From positions 261,888,001-261,952,000 of the forward strand of contig OZ024743.1 of the NCBI GenBank assembly GCA_964016885.1: 64,000 nt of DNA, read 5' to 3'. Position numbers and translations under genes: made by a program. Origin of the DNA: Eledone cirrhosa (taxonomy: Eukaryota). Below, in pieces: positions 38,992 through 52,501 of the stretch; positions within the stretch are counted from its first letter, which is position 1; the number at the start of each line of letters is the position of its first letter. A model generated the notes under the pieces. That model saw only the letters and a program-made list of their open reading frames with translations, searched no databases and was not told where the DNA came from.

Positions 38992-41900
38992 TGTAGTGAC
39001 CTACATTCCGCGGGCTCACATACATTCTCTGTGCGTGATTTGGCTCAGTTCAGCCAATCAGCGCCAGTAGAAGAGGATGTATCCCTACGCGCCCTGAGGA
39101 ATAAATTCTCCGCGAAGATTTGAAGAATCTATCTCTTGTACCGGGAACTTCGAACCAGCAACACGCACAATGTAACGGTGAGATTTTGCACCCCTAGCCT
39201 CGCCTGCTTTCCGGCGCAATGGCACATTCCCTTTTGTAACCTTTTTTTATCTGTAACTTCAACCATATAAGTTAACAAACATTGTTTGTGCTACATCAAA
39301 AATAAACATTTCATCTCTAATTTCTGCTGTTGAAATCATTATTATGTTACTCGTGTCTCAATAACATCTATAATCCATGCTGCTGGAATTGGCGACCTGA
39401 CGAAAGGAATATTGTAAATACAAAGATGGTAAATAGATCGAGGGACCTTCCCTCACGTCTATGTCGACAAGACAATCCAACGAAGATACCATCACGTTAC
39501 AACACTGGCAACTACGACTAATCATTCTACTAAACTGCTAAAGTGGTGACCGATGTAAGAATTTAACGCACCCTTTTTTATCCAGTTAAACTTTTATTGC
39601 CACGTTGCCAACCTTTTCGCAACTTGCGAAAATACAATATATTCCTTTTAAAATTTTTTGAAAGATTGGCAGTATTTCAAAAACTTTTCGCCACGAGGAA
39701 ATTTCAAGATCGCTACCGACAGGTCCTGGCTACACTCGACATCAACAACGACAACAGCAGCAGCAGCGACAACAGTGTTTGACCACTAGCCAACGACAGG
39801 GAATAGTGAGATGGCAGCTTCATAGCCTTACCGACGCAAACTACCACACATCGGAAATTTCAAAACGGCTTGTAACTTTACCGACGCAACCACCATACCT
39901 TCTGTCTCGTTACCACAGGGACTCAAGAAATTGAGACAGTAGTTTTCTCACCATTATGGCGTCAGACGTGGCTGCCATGTTGGTGACTGCTACTCTACAG
40001 AAGATTCATTGACTTTGCTTTAACAACAAGCAACACAACCTTATGTCACACAAGGTGGCAGGACGGTAAAATGGCCACGAAAACTCTCAAAAACACCATA
40101 CATCTAACCCCTAACGGCTTTAACAAACTTCTTTTTCAGTTTTCAGATAGAACTCATCATCATCATCAACGTTTAACGTCCGTGTTCCACGCTTGCATGG
40201 GTTTGGACGGGGTTTTCCCACTTGAGGCAAGAGTGATTGTCTTGCTCGCATAGGACTGTCTGGCATGTTTTCTACAGTTGGATGCCCTTCCTAACACCAA
40301 CCACATTTACAGTGTGGGTCTGGGAGGTTTTTACCGTGTTGCCTACACGGCCACATTACAGCGTGGATTGTGTTTTTTTGTCGTGACACCTACACGATCT
40401 CATTTGTTTCGGCCTGGATGGTGTGGCACCAACATAACTTTACATAGAAGGGGGGCGGTGTGGATGGGGTGGGGGTGGTGGGATGGGGGTGTATTTTGTT
40501 AGAGATGCCTACTGACTGTAGTAGGTTTTACTTTGTATTTAGGTAAGGCGGGTCTTCTCTATTACTGAGTACCGCCAAAGGTCTCGGTCCAGTGACATTG
40601 TCTTGGTGAGGTGTAAGTGTGTGAGGTCGGAGTTTATCAGCTCGTCCCAGGTTTTTCTGGGTCTGCCTATTCCGTGGCTACCGTCTATCTTTATTGCCCT
40701 GCACTTTGTTATACAGCTATCGTCCTTCATGCGCGTCACGTGACCATACCAACGTAGCCTTCTCTCGAGTAAACAACATCTGATCCCTCTTATTTCTAAT
40801 TTTTTCCTTAGTTCGTTTATGCTTTGTCGTTCACGTATATTACTATTACACATCCAGCGGAGCATGCAAGCTTCGTTTCTCTCTAGTCTGCGTATATCCT
40901 CTGCACACAATGCCCAGGTCTCACTGCCATGCAACATTGCTGTTCGTATGCAGGCATCGTACAACCTGCCTTTCATTTTTAGGGAGAACCCTTTAAGTCT
41001 GTACACTGGTGATGTGTGAACTATTTGACTTTGAAAAACTTTGAACTTATTGAGCAATTTCTCTGCTCCCTTAGATTGACTTTGAATTATCAGTTTGTTA
41101 CATTCACATATTTCTTTGTAGAATGCATTTACTTGTTTTGTGCTCTTTTGCTATTTGCTTGCTCATGTTTTTGTTCATTCACATTCTTTGCTGTTTTACA
41201 TGCCTGCATATGCACACATTTTTTTTGTCACACACCAACATGTTGTTCTTGGTATATGTTCTTCAAACGTAATATTCTGCGAGTCCCTTTTCGCCTGGTT
41301 GAGATGCTGTCACATGCTAGCAGCTCACAGAGCTTAATCCATTTGGATTCAAACAGGCACCGCAACACGAGAATACTAATTGCAGCTGAGCTCAAACAGT
41401 TTTGCATCTCGTTGCACACTGATCGTCCATGACGGCCTTCGTCTTGCTGTTTTTGCCCGACTCGCTGGGAAAACAGCAAATAGAACTGGACTTGTCAGCG
41501 TTTCGGCCACTTCTGTGGATTCGCCCGAATTATGGAATTTACACTGCAACCCACCTACAGATTAAACTTGCTTTTTTTCTTTTCAAAGCAACCAGCCATT
41601 TTTTTCCTGGCTCCCTAGCACATTCGGCAATACATCTGGGAGGCCAACATTTTCTCGCTTACCCATCTTCTTGCCAGCACTGGTAAACTACCATAATAGC
41701 TTCGTCCACAGCTACTGGTGCAACACTTACCATTAACATTAAATGCAAGAACAGCAACTTCGCCCATGTCAGACTTTATCCGCTTTTGTTAGACCTTTAC
41801 TGGTCACGTATAAACAACAAAACAGCTGGTCATTTGACACAGCAGCTCAACACGGCCCATAGCGCCTCATTTTTTTTCTTGCATGCAGCCTTCTGCCCAA

Positions 41901-42577
41901 TTATTTTTTTAAACTGATGTGCTCTTTCAGCATTTGTTCTTGCTGATTCAATAATCTGTATCGACTTCCTTGTGGGTCCTTAGCTTCTTCGTTTACGATT
42001 TTCGGCTAAAAATCTGCTCGGAGGTATTGTAGTGACCTACATTCCGCGGGCTCACATACATTCTCTGTGCCTGATTTGGCTCAGTTCAGCCAATCAGCGC
42101 CAGTAGAAGAGGATGTATCCCTACGCGCCCTGAGGAATAAATTCCCCGCGAAGATTTGAAGAATCTATCTCTTGTACCGGGAACTTCGAACCAACAACGC
42201 GCACAATGTAACGGTGAGATTTTGCACCCCTCGCCGGCTTTCCGGCGCAATGGCACATTCCCTTTTGTAACCTTTTTTTATCTGTAACTTCAACCATATA
42301 AGTTAACAAACATTGTTTGTGCTACATCAAAAATAAACATACATTTCATCTCTAATTTCTGCTGTTGAAATCATTATTATGTTACTCGTGTCTCAATAAC
42401 ATCTATAATCCATGCTGCTGGAATTGGCGACCTGACGAAAGGAATATTGTAAATGCAAAGATGGCAAATAGATCGAGGGACCTTCCCTCACGTCTATGTC
42501 GACAAGACAATCCAACGAAGATACCATCACGTTACAACACTGGCAACTACGACTAATCATTCTACTAAACTGCTAAA
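38992..42577 (+). mobile_element. Non-autonomous LTR element, ~550-bp LTRs (38992-39542, 42028-42577), no gag/pol, with a nested RTE fragment
   Basis: Near-identical direct repeats starting TGTAG; TGGTGACCG PBS at 39544; TATA on both sides. Confidence 0.88.
40153..40996 (-). mobile_element. 5'-truncated RTE LINE nested in the LTR element; same subfamily as 1-1615
   Basis: KGFSLKMKGRLYDACIRTAMLHGSETW...RLRWYGHV; (GAT)n tail. Confidence 0.9.
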
Positions 42578-42618
42578 TATACATATATATAGTGTAGGTG
42601 ATTCAGTGAGTTTAACTC

Positions 42619-42677
<59 letters not shown>

Positions 42678-43197
42678 ATCCAAAATTAAATTAAGGGAGT
42701 CGTGTCCGAGACATGCGCCATATCCACCATAGCTCAAAGATTCCAATGAATTTAATTTTGGATATATATACGGTACCTTAATTGTAGAGCTAACTCAGTT
42801 GAAAGGACTCAGCTGCTATTTCTAGCTGTTGATAATCCTATTTACGCCACTGGGATGACGCTGGTACGATGTGTGTAGTTTTAAAAATGCAACACGTGCG
42901 ACGGGTCATTCGCAGATTTGCATTCGCTGTGTAAACACAGATAGTTAAATCTTCTCCCTTGCTGAAGATCTGGAATTTAATTACTGTGAGTTTACGGATT
43001 AATGGTGAAATATATTTCTTTAATGAAATATATACAAGGAAGATTAATCATTTTAAAAGGTATCTATATTTGAAGTTCTAGTTAAACTTTAATTAGTTAC
43101 CTACCTAGCTGTGTGTGCTTACACACTTTACAAATTATCCCCTGTGATTGTTTCATATGTTTATTTTAGATATATATATATGTCAATCAATTTCTAG

Positions 43198-43244
<47 letters not shown>

Positions 43245-43999
43245 TTATTTGTTAAAATAAAAGATCCTTCTTTCCAGTAAGCTAAATCTGTTAGTGAAAT
43301 AAATAACTGTATACCACAACACGTCTCTCAGATTTAGCGCTCTAACACCTTTGGATATTTATCATGAATTTCATATATATATATATATTTTAATTTGCAT
43401 GCTAAGCAGCTGAATTATATGATAGTGTTATATCTGTAAATATGAGACTGTGTAAATATGTAGATAAATTTATGCACGTAGTCAACATGCCAAATACTTC
43501 CCTGTAGATTGAAAAAAATTATAAGCACATTTAATCTGTTTTCAAACGTAATTGGAATTTTGTCAGAAGGCATGTATCATCTAAATAAGCACAAGGGCAT
43601 ATGTAATTGAGGGGATTATATACCTTATCACTTATAGTAATTTGCTCTTGGATATCTTTGTTACAAATGATCTATCTGCAACACTAATTCCAGAAAACCA
43701 CATATATATCTTTGTGTGTGAATAACCAAAGATTAGCCCAATCACCATTGGACAGCCCCATACGAGGGTTGGCTAAAAAGTTAATTGGCTAACCAAGATA
43801 CTCTCATGGGATGATCAAATGAGGTTTATTTTTCAACATAGTCCTTGGAAAGAAACAATGCAGTTATTAATAAGAAGAGTTGAAATTAATGCATGCAAGA
43901 TTCACAGCTCTAGCATCAATTCTTCATAGTCAGCCTATGAGATTTTCAGCTGACCCCCATCCTGTAAGAGCTGCTACGCTTAAAGTAGGCACACTCATC

Positions 44000-44612
44000 A
44001 GATAGATATATATAGTGGTGAATACTAAGTCTTTTCTGGAGAAGAATGTACCACAACATAGACTGGTTATTAGAGACATCAAAATAAGAATCAGAAATGT
44101 ATGAAAATCTGGAAAAGGAGGGTGTGGAAACTAAAAGCTCGCTATGTTAAATATAGGTTCAGAAAAGCCTCTATATGACACTTACAGTAGAGGAAATACA
44201 TACATAAGACATAGAAGAAATTGTTAGTTTCTACATAACAACCTGCTGCAGGCTACTGATGAAATCCACGGTTGGGGTAAGGTACCAGACAAACGAAAAG
44301 TGATTTAGTGGTGAAATAGTACTGTGGATAGAACCATTACAGGCTTCAGAAGACTGGAAGAAAAGGAGTAGACACATTTACATAGCACATAAAGAAGCTG
44401 AGAGCAGGAGGTTTGCCAATGTTCTGCAACAAGAGGATCAGAGGCATGATGTGTACCATATTACAAAGCTGTGAGTCAATATGAATCAAAACATTGTTGG
44501 GGCAAACTGTGTTTGGAATGACTCTGGTACACTTAATCTCACTGATTCTCAAAAGAAACAGGCTTGGAAATCCTACTATGAGGAGTTTCTGAATGTGGAA
44601 AATGAGTAAAAG
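44000..44612 (+). mobile_element. Old RTE fragment (endonuclease-RT linker region)
   Basis: Degenerate EEC..QHRLV, WKLK, NNLLQATD and AWKSYYE remnants. Confidence 0.6.
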
Positions 44613-44732
44613 AAACAGTGACTACTCCAAATAAACTCATCTACACTCATCTATCTTCATTAATTCTCATCAATCCAAGTTCTTTCTTTTGTTTTGTTAG
44701 TTCTGTTCGGAAAATTGTGGAAACAAACTTAC

Positions 44733-44807
44733 CATCCCACTGCTCCCATTTCTTTTGCCCTTTCGGAACCTCTTTTAGCCTCTTGGAGAAGTTCAGCAAC
44801 AGCTAAC
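44733..44807 (-). CDS. POLR1D: POLR1D isoform-2-like protein, middle exon (LAVAELLQEAKRGSERAKEMGAVGW)
   Basis: tgtcag| and |gtaagt; ELL.EAKRG..RA..MG..GW motif; phase 2 to 2. Confidence 0.88.
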
Positions 44808-45035
44808 CTGACAAGAAATATGAAAAGTTACGTACATTGGGATGTTCACATATTTGAAGAAAAATATACTAATAAATTGGCGAGATTTTAAAACAGAAAA
44901 AAAAAAGAATACTTTTAAATATATCTTTGGTTGAAAAATGATTGCTGTAGTGCTGCTGATCACATGACCTATGTTTAAGCTTTGCAAAAGATATGACATA
45001 GTGCTGGGTCCTCATAAATATGGCCCTTAAAGATA

Positions 45036-46796
45036 AGACTGTCTGTCTCAATATGATGCTCGCTGCCTCAGTTATGAAGCTGGCTCTCTCAATATGAAGC
45101 TGACTGTCTCAGTATGAAGCTGTCTGTCTCAATATGAAGCTGTCTGTCTCAATATGAAGCTGTCTGTCTCAATATGAAGCTGTCTGTCTCAATATGAAGC
45201 TGTCTGTCTCAATATGAAGCTGCTTGTCTCAATATGAATCTGGCTGTGTCAATATGGAGCTGTCTCTCAATATGAAGCTGTCTCTCTCCATATGAAGCTG
45301 TCTCTTTCCATATGAAGCTGTCTGTCTCAATATGAAGCTGTCTGTCTCAGTATGAAGCTGTCAGTCTCAGTATGAAGCTGTCAGTCTCAGTATGAAGCTG
45401 TCAGTCTCAGTATGAAGCTGTCAGTCTCAGTATGTAGCTGGCTGTCTCAGTATGAAGCTGTCTGTCTCAATATGAAGCTGTCTGTCTCAGTATAAAGCTG
45501 TCTGTCTCAGTATGAAGCTGTCTGTCTCAGTATGAAGCTGTCTGTCTCAGTATGAAGCTGGCTGTCTCAGTATGAAGCTGTCAGTCTCAGTATGAAGCTG
45601 TCAGTCTCAGTATGAAGCTGTCAGTCTCAGTATGTAGCTGGCTGTCTCAACATGAAGCTGTCTGTCTCAATATTAAGCTGTCTGTCTCAGTAGGAAGCTG
45701 GCTGTCTCAACATGAAGTTGGCTGTCACAACATGAAGTTGGCTGTCTCAACATGAAGTTGGCTGTCACAACATGAAGTTGGCTGTCACAACATGAAGTTG
45801 GCTGTCTCAACATGAAGTTGGCTGTCTCAATATTAAGCTGTCTGTCTCAATATTAAGCTGTCTGTCTCAATATTAAGCTGTCTGTCTCAACATGAAGCTG
45901 TCTGTCTCAACATGAAGCTGTCTGTCTCAACATGAAGCTGTCTGTCTCAGTATGAAGCTGTCTGTCTCAACATGAAGCTGTCTGTCTCAACATGAAGCTG
46001 TCCGTCTCAACATGAAGCTGGCTGTCTCAGTATGTAGCTGGCTGTCTAAGTATGTAGCTGTATGTCTCAGTATATATCCCTCTCTCTCAATATGAATCTG
46101 GCTGTCTCAACATGAAGTTGGCTGTCACAACATGAAGTTGGCTGTCACAACATGAAGCTGTCTGTCTCAATATGAAGCTGCCTGTCTCAATATGAAGCTG
46201 TCTGTCTCAACATGAAGCTGTCTGTCTCAACATGAAGCTGTCTGTCTCAATATGAAGCTGGCTGTCTCAGTATGTAGCTGGCTGTCTCAGTATGAAGCTG
46301 GCTGTCTCAGTATGAAGCTGTCTGTCTCAATATGAAGCTGCCTGTCTCAATATGAAGCTGCCTGTCTCAATATGAAGCTGCCTGTCTCAACATGAAGCTG
46401 GCTGTCTCAATATGAAGCTGTCTGTCTCAGTATGAAGCTGGCTGTCTCAACATGAAGCTGTCTGTCTCAGTATGAAGCTGTCTGTCTCAGTATGAAGCTG
46501 TCTGTCTCAGTATGAAGCTGTCTGTCTCAGTATGAAGCTGGCTGTCTCAACATGAAGCTGGCTGTCTCAACATGAAGCTGGCTGTCTCAGTATGTAGCTG
46601 GCTGTCTCAGTATGTAGCTGGCTATCTCAGTATGAAGCTGTCTGTCTCAGTATGAAGCTGGCTGTCTGTCTCAGTATGAAGCTGGCTGTCTCAGTATGAA
46701 GCTGGCTATCTCAGTATGTAGCTGGCTGTCTTAATAAGAAGCTGTCCGTCTTAATAAGAAGCTGTCTGTCTTAATAAGAAGCTGTCTGTCTTAGTA
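45036..46796. repeat. 20-bp minisatellite array (tatgaagctgtctgtctcaa), roughly 85-90 units; resumes at ~48758-49023
   Basis: 20-nt periodicity with runs of variant units. Confidence 0.95.
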
Positions 46797-48757
46797 TAAA
46801 AATAATAATAATGAAATTATTGTGTAAAGTGCTCAGGTGCACTACAACTCGTCAAAGGTGCATGTATAGTACATAAAATAATAAATAAATGTCAGGGAAG
46901 TGAATAGTGTATGAGTCATGATATACATGTGTGTATGTGTATGGAGGGGGAACATTAGGTGTAGTGTTGGCGAATCTCGGCAAGCATGGAGGCCTTAATG
47001 GATGCAGTGTCTCGACTGCTAACAACCGATGCAGGTAGTTTGTTCCATGCTTCAGCAACTCTGAGCGTGAAAAAATGTTTCCGAAAGTCATGGGAACTGT
47101 ACTGTTTTCTGACTTTGTGGGCATGCCCACGTGTGTTAGACACATGGAAATCAAAAAGGTACTCAGGGTTGTTGTTGGCAACATGGTTAACAATTTTGTG
47201 GGTGTTTACCAAGTCAGTTGCCAGGCGTCGGAGCTTCAATGTATCCATGCCCAGGGAAGCAAGGCGTTCAGAGTATGGTAGATGCCTGATCGAGGGTATT
47301 CACTTGGTTGCACGTCTCTGAACAGTCTCCAGGCGGTCAATGTTCTGAGCAAGATAGGGGCTCCAGACTGGTGATGCAAATTCTAAGTGTGACCGCACCA
47401 TAGCCATGTACAGCTTTAAATAGATAGCTGGAGAGCGGCTGACAAAGGTCTTGCTGAGTGATGCTAAGACACTCTCGGCCCTCTTGACAATTTTAGAGAC
47501 TGCTTCGTCCAACGCAAATCGCTGCTGACCGTAATGCCCAGGTCATGTTCACAAGAAGACTTCTTGATATTAGTGCTCTGGAGGGAGTATGTGGATGCTG
47601 GGTTTTTACTCCCAAAATGCATGGTGGTGCACTTGTCCACAGCTAGCTTGAGTTGCCAGTCTGAGATCCATTGTTGCATTGTGTCCAGGTCAGACTGCAA
47701 GCAAGATCTATAGTGTTCAGGATCTGTCCTTTTTATCTCAAGGTACAGCTTGATGTCATCTGCGTACTTTAGTACTGTGGCATTCTTTAAGTTGGCATCT
47801 ATGTCATTAATATATGCCACAAACAAAAGGGGGCCAAGAACAGATCCCTGTGGTACACCAGATGACATCTCATACGGTGAGGAATGCTGTCCCAGAACCG
47901 TGACTACCTCTCTTCGACTGAGAATGCAGGACTTCAACCAGTTAAAAAGATCATCCTTCACACCCATTGCAGAGAGTTTTGCCATAAGCCTTTTGTGTGG
48001 CACAGAATTGAAAGCTTTCGCAAAGTCAAGGTAAACAACATCCACCCATGAGCCGCCATCAGTGATCTGGGTGATGTCTTCAAGAAACTCGATAAATTGA
48101 TCACAGCAGCTGGAGTTGGGGATAAATCCAAATTGCGAGGGCTGGATAAGACTGTGAGAGTTCCAGAAGTTCCAAAGTGTTTCTCTGACACAGGATTCCA
48201 TCAGTTTGGCAATGCAACTAGTAAGACTGACTGGACGATAGTTCACAGGTGGTGTGCGGTCACCCTTTTTGAACAGAGGAATGACACTGGCAGTTTTCCA
48301 CTGTTCTGGAGTAGCACCGTTGCTCAGACAGAATTGGAAGAAGCGTGATAACTGGTGTAGAAGGAAGTACCCACCACGTTTAAGAAGCAGGTACGTAACA
48401 CCATCAAGACCAGGAGAGGCATGGTTGCGTTTATTTTTTAGATGACATCACAGCATTGCAGGTGTAAATTCCATGGTTGTAATAGAATCCGGTGTCATAG
48501 GTGGTGGAGACGGTACACTCTGGTCTTCAATAGTGAAAATGCCTGCATAGCATTCAGCAATGAGCTCTGCGCATTCCTTGGGGTCGTCAGTAACCTGGCT
48601 TGTGTGGGGATTGTGAAGAGGACCAACTGGAGAGTGAGGCCTCTGCTTTGAGTGAACATACTTCCAGAACACCTTACTGTCAGGGCTGGTTGCTATGCGC
48701 TGCCCAAATTGAAGTACTGCTTTTTTATCACCTGTTTGAGGTGGTTGGACGATCTTT
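46797..48757 (-). mobile_element. 5'-truncated CR1-type LINE inserted into the 20-bp minisatellite
   Basis: NYRPVSLTS, YLDFAKAF, GVPQGSVLGPLLF, KYADDIKLY, TRGH..K and WNKLP; (ATT)n 3' tail; the array continues on both sides. Confidence 0.93.
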
Positions 48758-49498
48758 GTAGCTGTATGTCTCAGTATGTAGCTCTCTCTCTCTCTCAATA
48801 TGAATCTGGCTGTCTGTCTCAATATGAAGCTGTCTCTCTCAATATGAAGCTGTCTCTCTCAATATGAAGCTGTCTGTCTCAATATGAAGCTGTCTGTCTC
48901 AATATGAAGCTGTCTGTCTCAATATGAAGCTGTCTGTCTCAATATGAAGCTGTCTGTCTCAATATGAAGCTGGCTGTCTCAATATGAAGCTGGGTGTCTC
49001 AACATGAAGCTGTCTGTCTGTCTCATCACAAATGTCACAGGCTGAAAAATATAATTCACCAGCAGTGAAATACAATATTTCAAGACCTTATTTTATGAAA
49101 TACAATATTTCATAAGACCTTATTTTATGAAATACAATATTTCAAGACCTTATTTTATTCAGCTATAAATGCAGTAGCCCTTATTACTGTTGTCACATTC
49201 AAGAGATGTGCTGGAATGAAAGAATTACTAATAGTGGAATCTTTTATCGAGATATCTAATCCCCACCCAAAAGCTAAGCCCATTAACCCTGGACAACCCC
49301 ACAGGCTCCAGAATCGAGGGGATATCTACTCTAGCTAGAGCTTATTTTATAATTTTATAATTAAATTTATCTCAGTGCAGCAAGCAAAGAAGCTTGCATT
49401 CAGCACCAAGAAAACCTTAGGATCAAGGGCAATTCCACATCAGCACCAACTGATGTTCAGCACATGTATTGGTTTATAATTTTGCTCTCTCTCTCTCT

Positions 49499-49559
<61 letters not shown>

Positions 49560-49974
49560 AGAGATATTTAACTTGCTGGAAATACAACAAATATAGATGT
49601 TTACAACTAATTCAAAGCACTCTAAAATATCATTATTTTCAGCCCTTTAATATACACATCATTTGCATAATCATATTAATAATTTTAAATATCTGTCTTT
49701 TCTCCTCTCTTCCCTTCACTTTCCAGGGATAACTTGAACTGTTAAGGTATATCATCCTTGGTCATGTCAAATATTTATAAAACATTTTGTATTTTATTAG
49801 ATGATAGCATACCAGCATTTTTGAAATATATATAATAGAATAAATAGGATTTTATAAATATAGTTTCCATTTATTTAATATCAATTGAATTATATATATA
49901 TATATGGTTATACTTTGGGAGGGTCATGCGGCCAATAAAAACACATGCTCCTGTACGTGTGTTTTTATTGGCAG

Positions 49975-52117
49975 CATGTCATTGGTGAGAAGTGTGTCTG
50001 GGATGATAAAAGTGCACTTGCCCTCACAAGTGCCAAGAAGAAAGCTGTGTGGAAGAGCCATTATGAAATATTACTGAATGAGGAGAATGCATGGGAGAAA
50101 GAGACCCTACTCCAAATGGACCCCATAGAAGGCCCAGTAGTACAAGTCAGCAGCAGTGTAGTAAGTAAGGCAATTAAGGATATGAAGACTGGGAAAGCAG
50201 CCAGTCCATTGAATATAGTTGCTGAGATGCTGAAAGTATCTGGGTCGGTAAGCCACACCATCACCACACGTATTGTTAACCAGGTAATACAAGAGGGTGT
50301 CATACCAAATGACTGGCACAGCAGCATCATTGTCAACTGCTACAAGGGTAAGGAGATGCATTAGATAGAAGAAACTATAGAGGTATAAAGCTGATAGACT
50401 AGGTCATGAAAGTAACAGAAAGAGTTATAGCACAGCTGATTAGGGACCAGATAAATCTAGATGAGAAGCAGTTTGGGTTTGTGCCAAGCAAAAGCACCTC
50501 AGAGGATCTATTCCTTGTGAGGCAGTTACAGGAAAAGTACCTAGCTAAATGTAAGCTGCACTACCTGGCATTTGTCGATCTGGAAAATGCCTTTGACAGG
50601 GTGCCCCGTGCCATAATCTGGTGGGCTTGTGAAGACTGTACAAGCCATATATAGGGGAGCAGTGAACAAAGTTAGGGTTAACAATGACTATAGCAAAGAA
50701 TTTAGTGTCAATCAGGGCCTTGTTCTTAGCTCTCTCCTGTTTATTATTGTATTGCAGGCTATAACAGAGCAGTTTAAGACTGGATGCCCATGGGAGCTCC
50801 TATACACTGAATTAATAGCGGAGTTGGGTGTTCTGAAAGTATACTAGCCTGAGTAAGAACGGGATGGAAGAAGTTCAGGGAGCTACTACCACTACTGTGC
50901 ATGCATGAGGAGAAAGCCTTTTGTAGACAGTAGTGGTAGTAGCTTCCATCCCGTTCTTACTCAGGCTAGTATACTTTCAGAACACCCAACTCTGCTGTTA
51001 ATTCGGTGTATAGGAGCTCCCATGGGCATCCAGTCTTAAACTGCTCTGTTATAGCCTGCAATACAATAATAAACAGGAGAGAGCTAAAAACAGGGCCCTG
51101 ATTGACACTAAATTCTTTGCTATAGTCATTGTTAACCCTAACTTTGTTCACTGCTCCCCTATACATGGCTTGTACAGTCTTCACAAGCCACTCAATGGCA
51201 ATGCTGTATGGTAGTGAGAGCTGGATGCTATGTGTAGAAGACTTGCATAGATTGGAAAGAAATGAAGCTTGCATGCTCCAATGGATGAGTAATAGTATAT
51301 GTGAATGGCAAAGTATGAATGAACTGAGAGAGAAACTAGGCATAAGAGGAATCAAATGTAGTGTGCAGGAGAGGAGATTATGTTGCTATGGACATGTGAT
51401 AATAATAATAATAATAATGAAATTATTGTGTAAAGTGCTCAGGTGCACTACAACTCGTCAAAGGTGCATGTTTAGTACATAGAATTGCGTATGAAGGATG
51501 ACAGCTGCATAAAAAGGTGCAGAGCACTCAAAGTCTATGGAAGCCTTGGAATGGGGAGACCGAGGAAGACTTGGGATGAGATGATAAAAGCTGACCTTGC
51601 CCGATTGCACCTCCCAAAGGCGAAGTCACAGGACTGAGATCTCTGGCATTACGCAGTAATACAGAAGACCCGACTTCCCACGGGCATAGGCCAAAGCTGA
51701 AGCACATACACAGTATGATACCTCCTCCCTACTGTGAAGTGGTCATGTAGGTGTCACGACAAAAAGCACCCAGTCCACACTGTAAAGTGGTCATGTAGGT
51801 GTCACGACAAAAAGCGCCCAGCCCACACTGTAAAGTGGACGTGTAGGTGTCACAACAAAAAGCATCCAGACCCCACTATTAAGTGGACGTGAAGGTGTCA
51901 CAACAAAAAGCATCCAGTCCACACTGTAAAATGGTCATGTAGGCATCACGACAAAAAGCCCCAGTACTCACTGTAAATGAGGTTAGTATTAGGAAACGAA
52001 GCCAAAATCAGTTCTGATTGAGCAAGACATGGTCACCTGATCTAGCATTGCCCACAACAGGACAACTCGTCTAACCCATGCTAGCATGGAAAAATGGATG
52101 TAAAACGGTGATGATGA
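49975..52117 (+). mobile_element. Rearranged RTE LINE with internal deletions, a fold-back inversion and a nested CR1 3' stub (~51398-51483)
   Basis: RT motifs at 49975-50850; inverted copy at 50927-51189; ~45-bp repeats in the 3'UTR; (GAT)n tail. Confidence 0.9.
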
Positions 52118-52501
52118 TTATATATATATATATATACATATATATACACTCTCCTCTTGTAATGCCTGATGGAGTCGTAGGTGCATCCTTAGTGACGTAC
52201 AGAGTGCCATGCAATTCTGTCTAAACCTGACAGAACTCCATTTCCTCTCCAAATCTAGAAACAATATATTTCTTCCAGAGTATAAGAGGTAGTGATAGAG
52301 AGGGAGCAAGAAAGAGATACAGAGGAAAAATCAACCCCAATACTGAACTGGTACTTTTTTTTAATGACATCGAAAGGATGAAAAGCAAAGTTAAACTCAG
52401 TGAGATTTTAACTTAGAGATTAAAGTCAAAACAAATACAGCAAAGTATCCTATCTGACATTCTAACGAATCTGCCAATTCATCGCCATATATATATATAT
52501 A

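Noticed and set aside
44250-44305. CTGATGA...GAAA hammerhead-like words
   Set aside because: No supporting stems; the sequence is a decayed RTE coding remnant (NNLLQATD).
45036-49023. Repeat array adjacent to a reverse transcriptase, superficially like a CRISPR/RT system
   Set aside because: Units are head-to-tail with no unique spacers; the RT is an ordinary truncated CR1 LINE inserted into a minisatellite.
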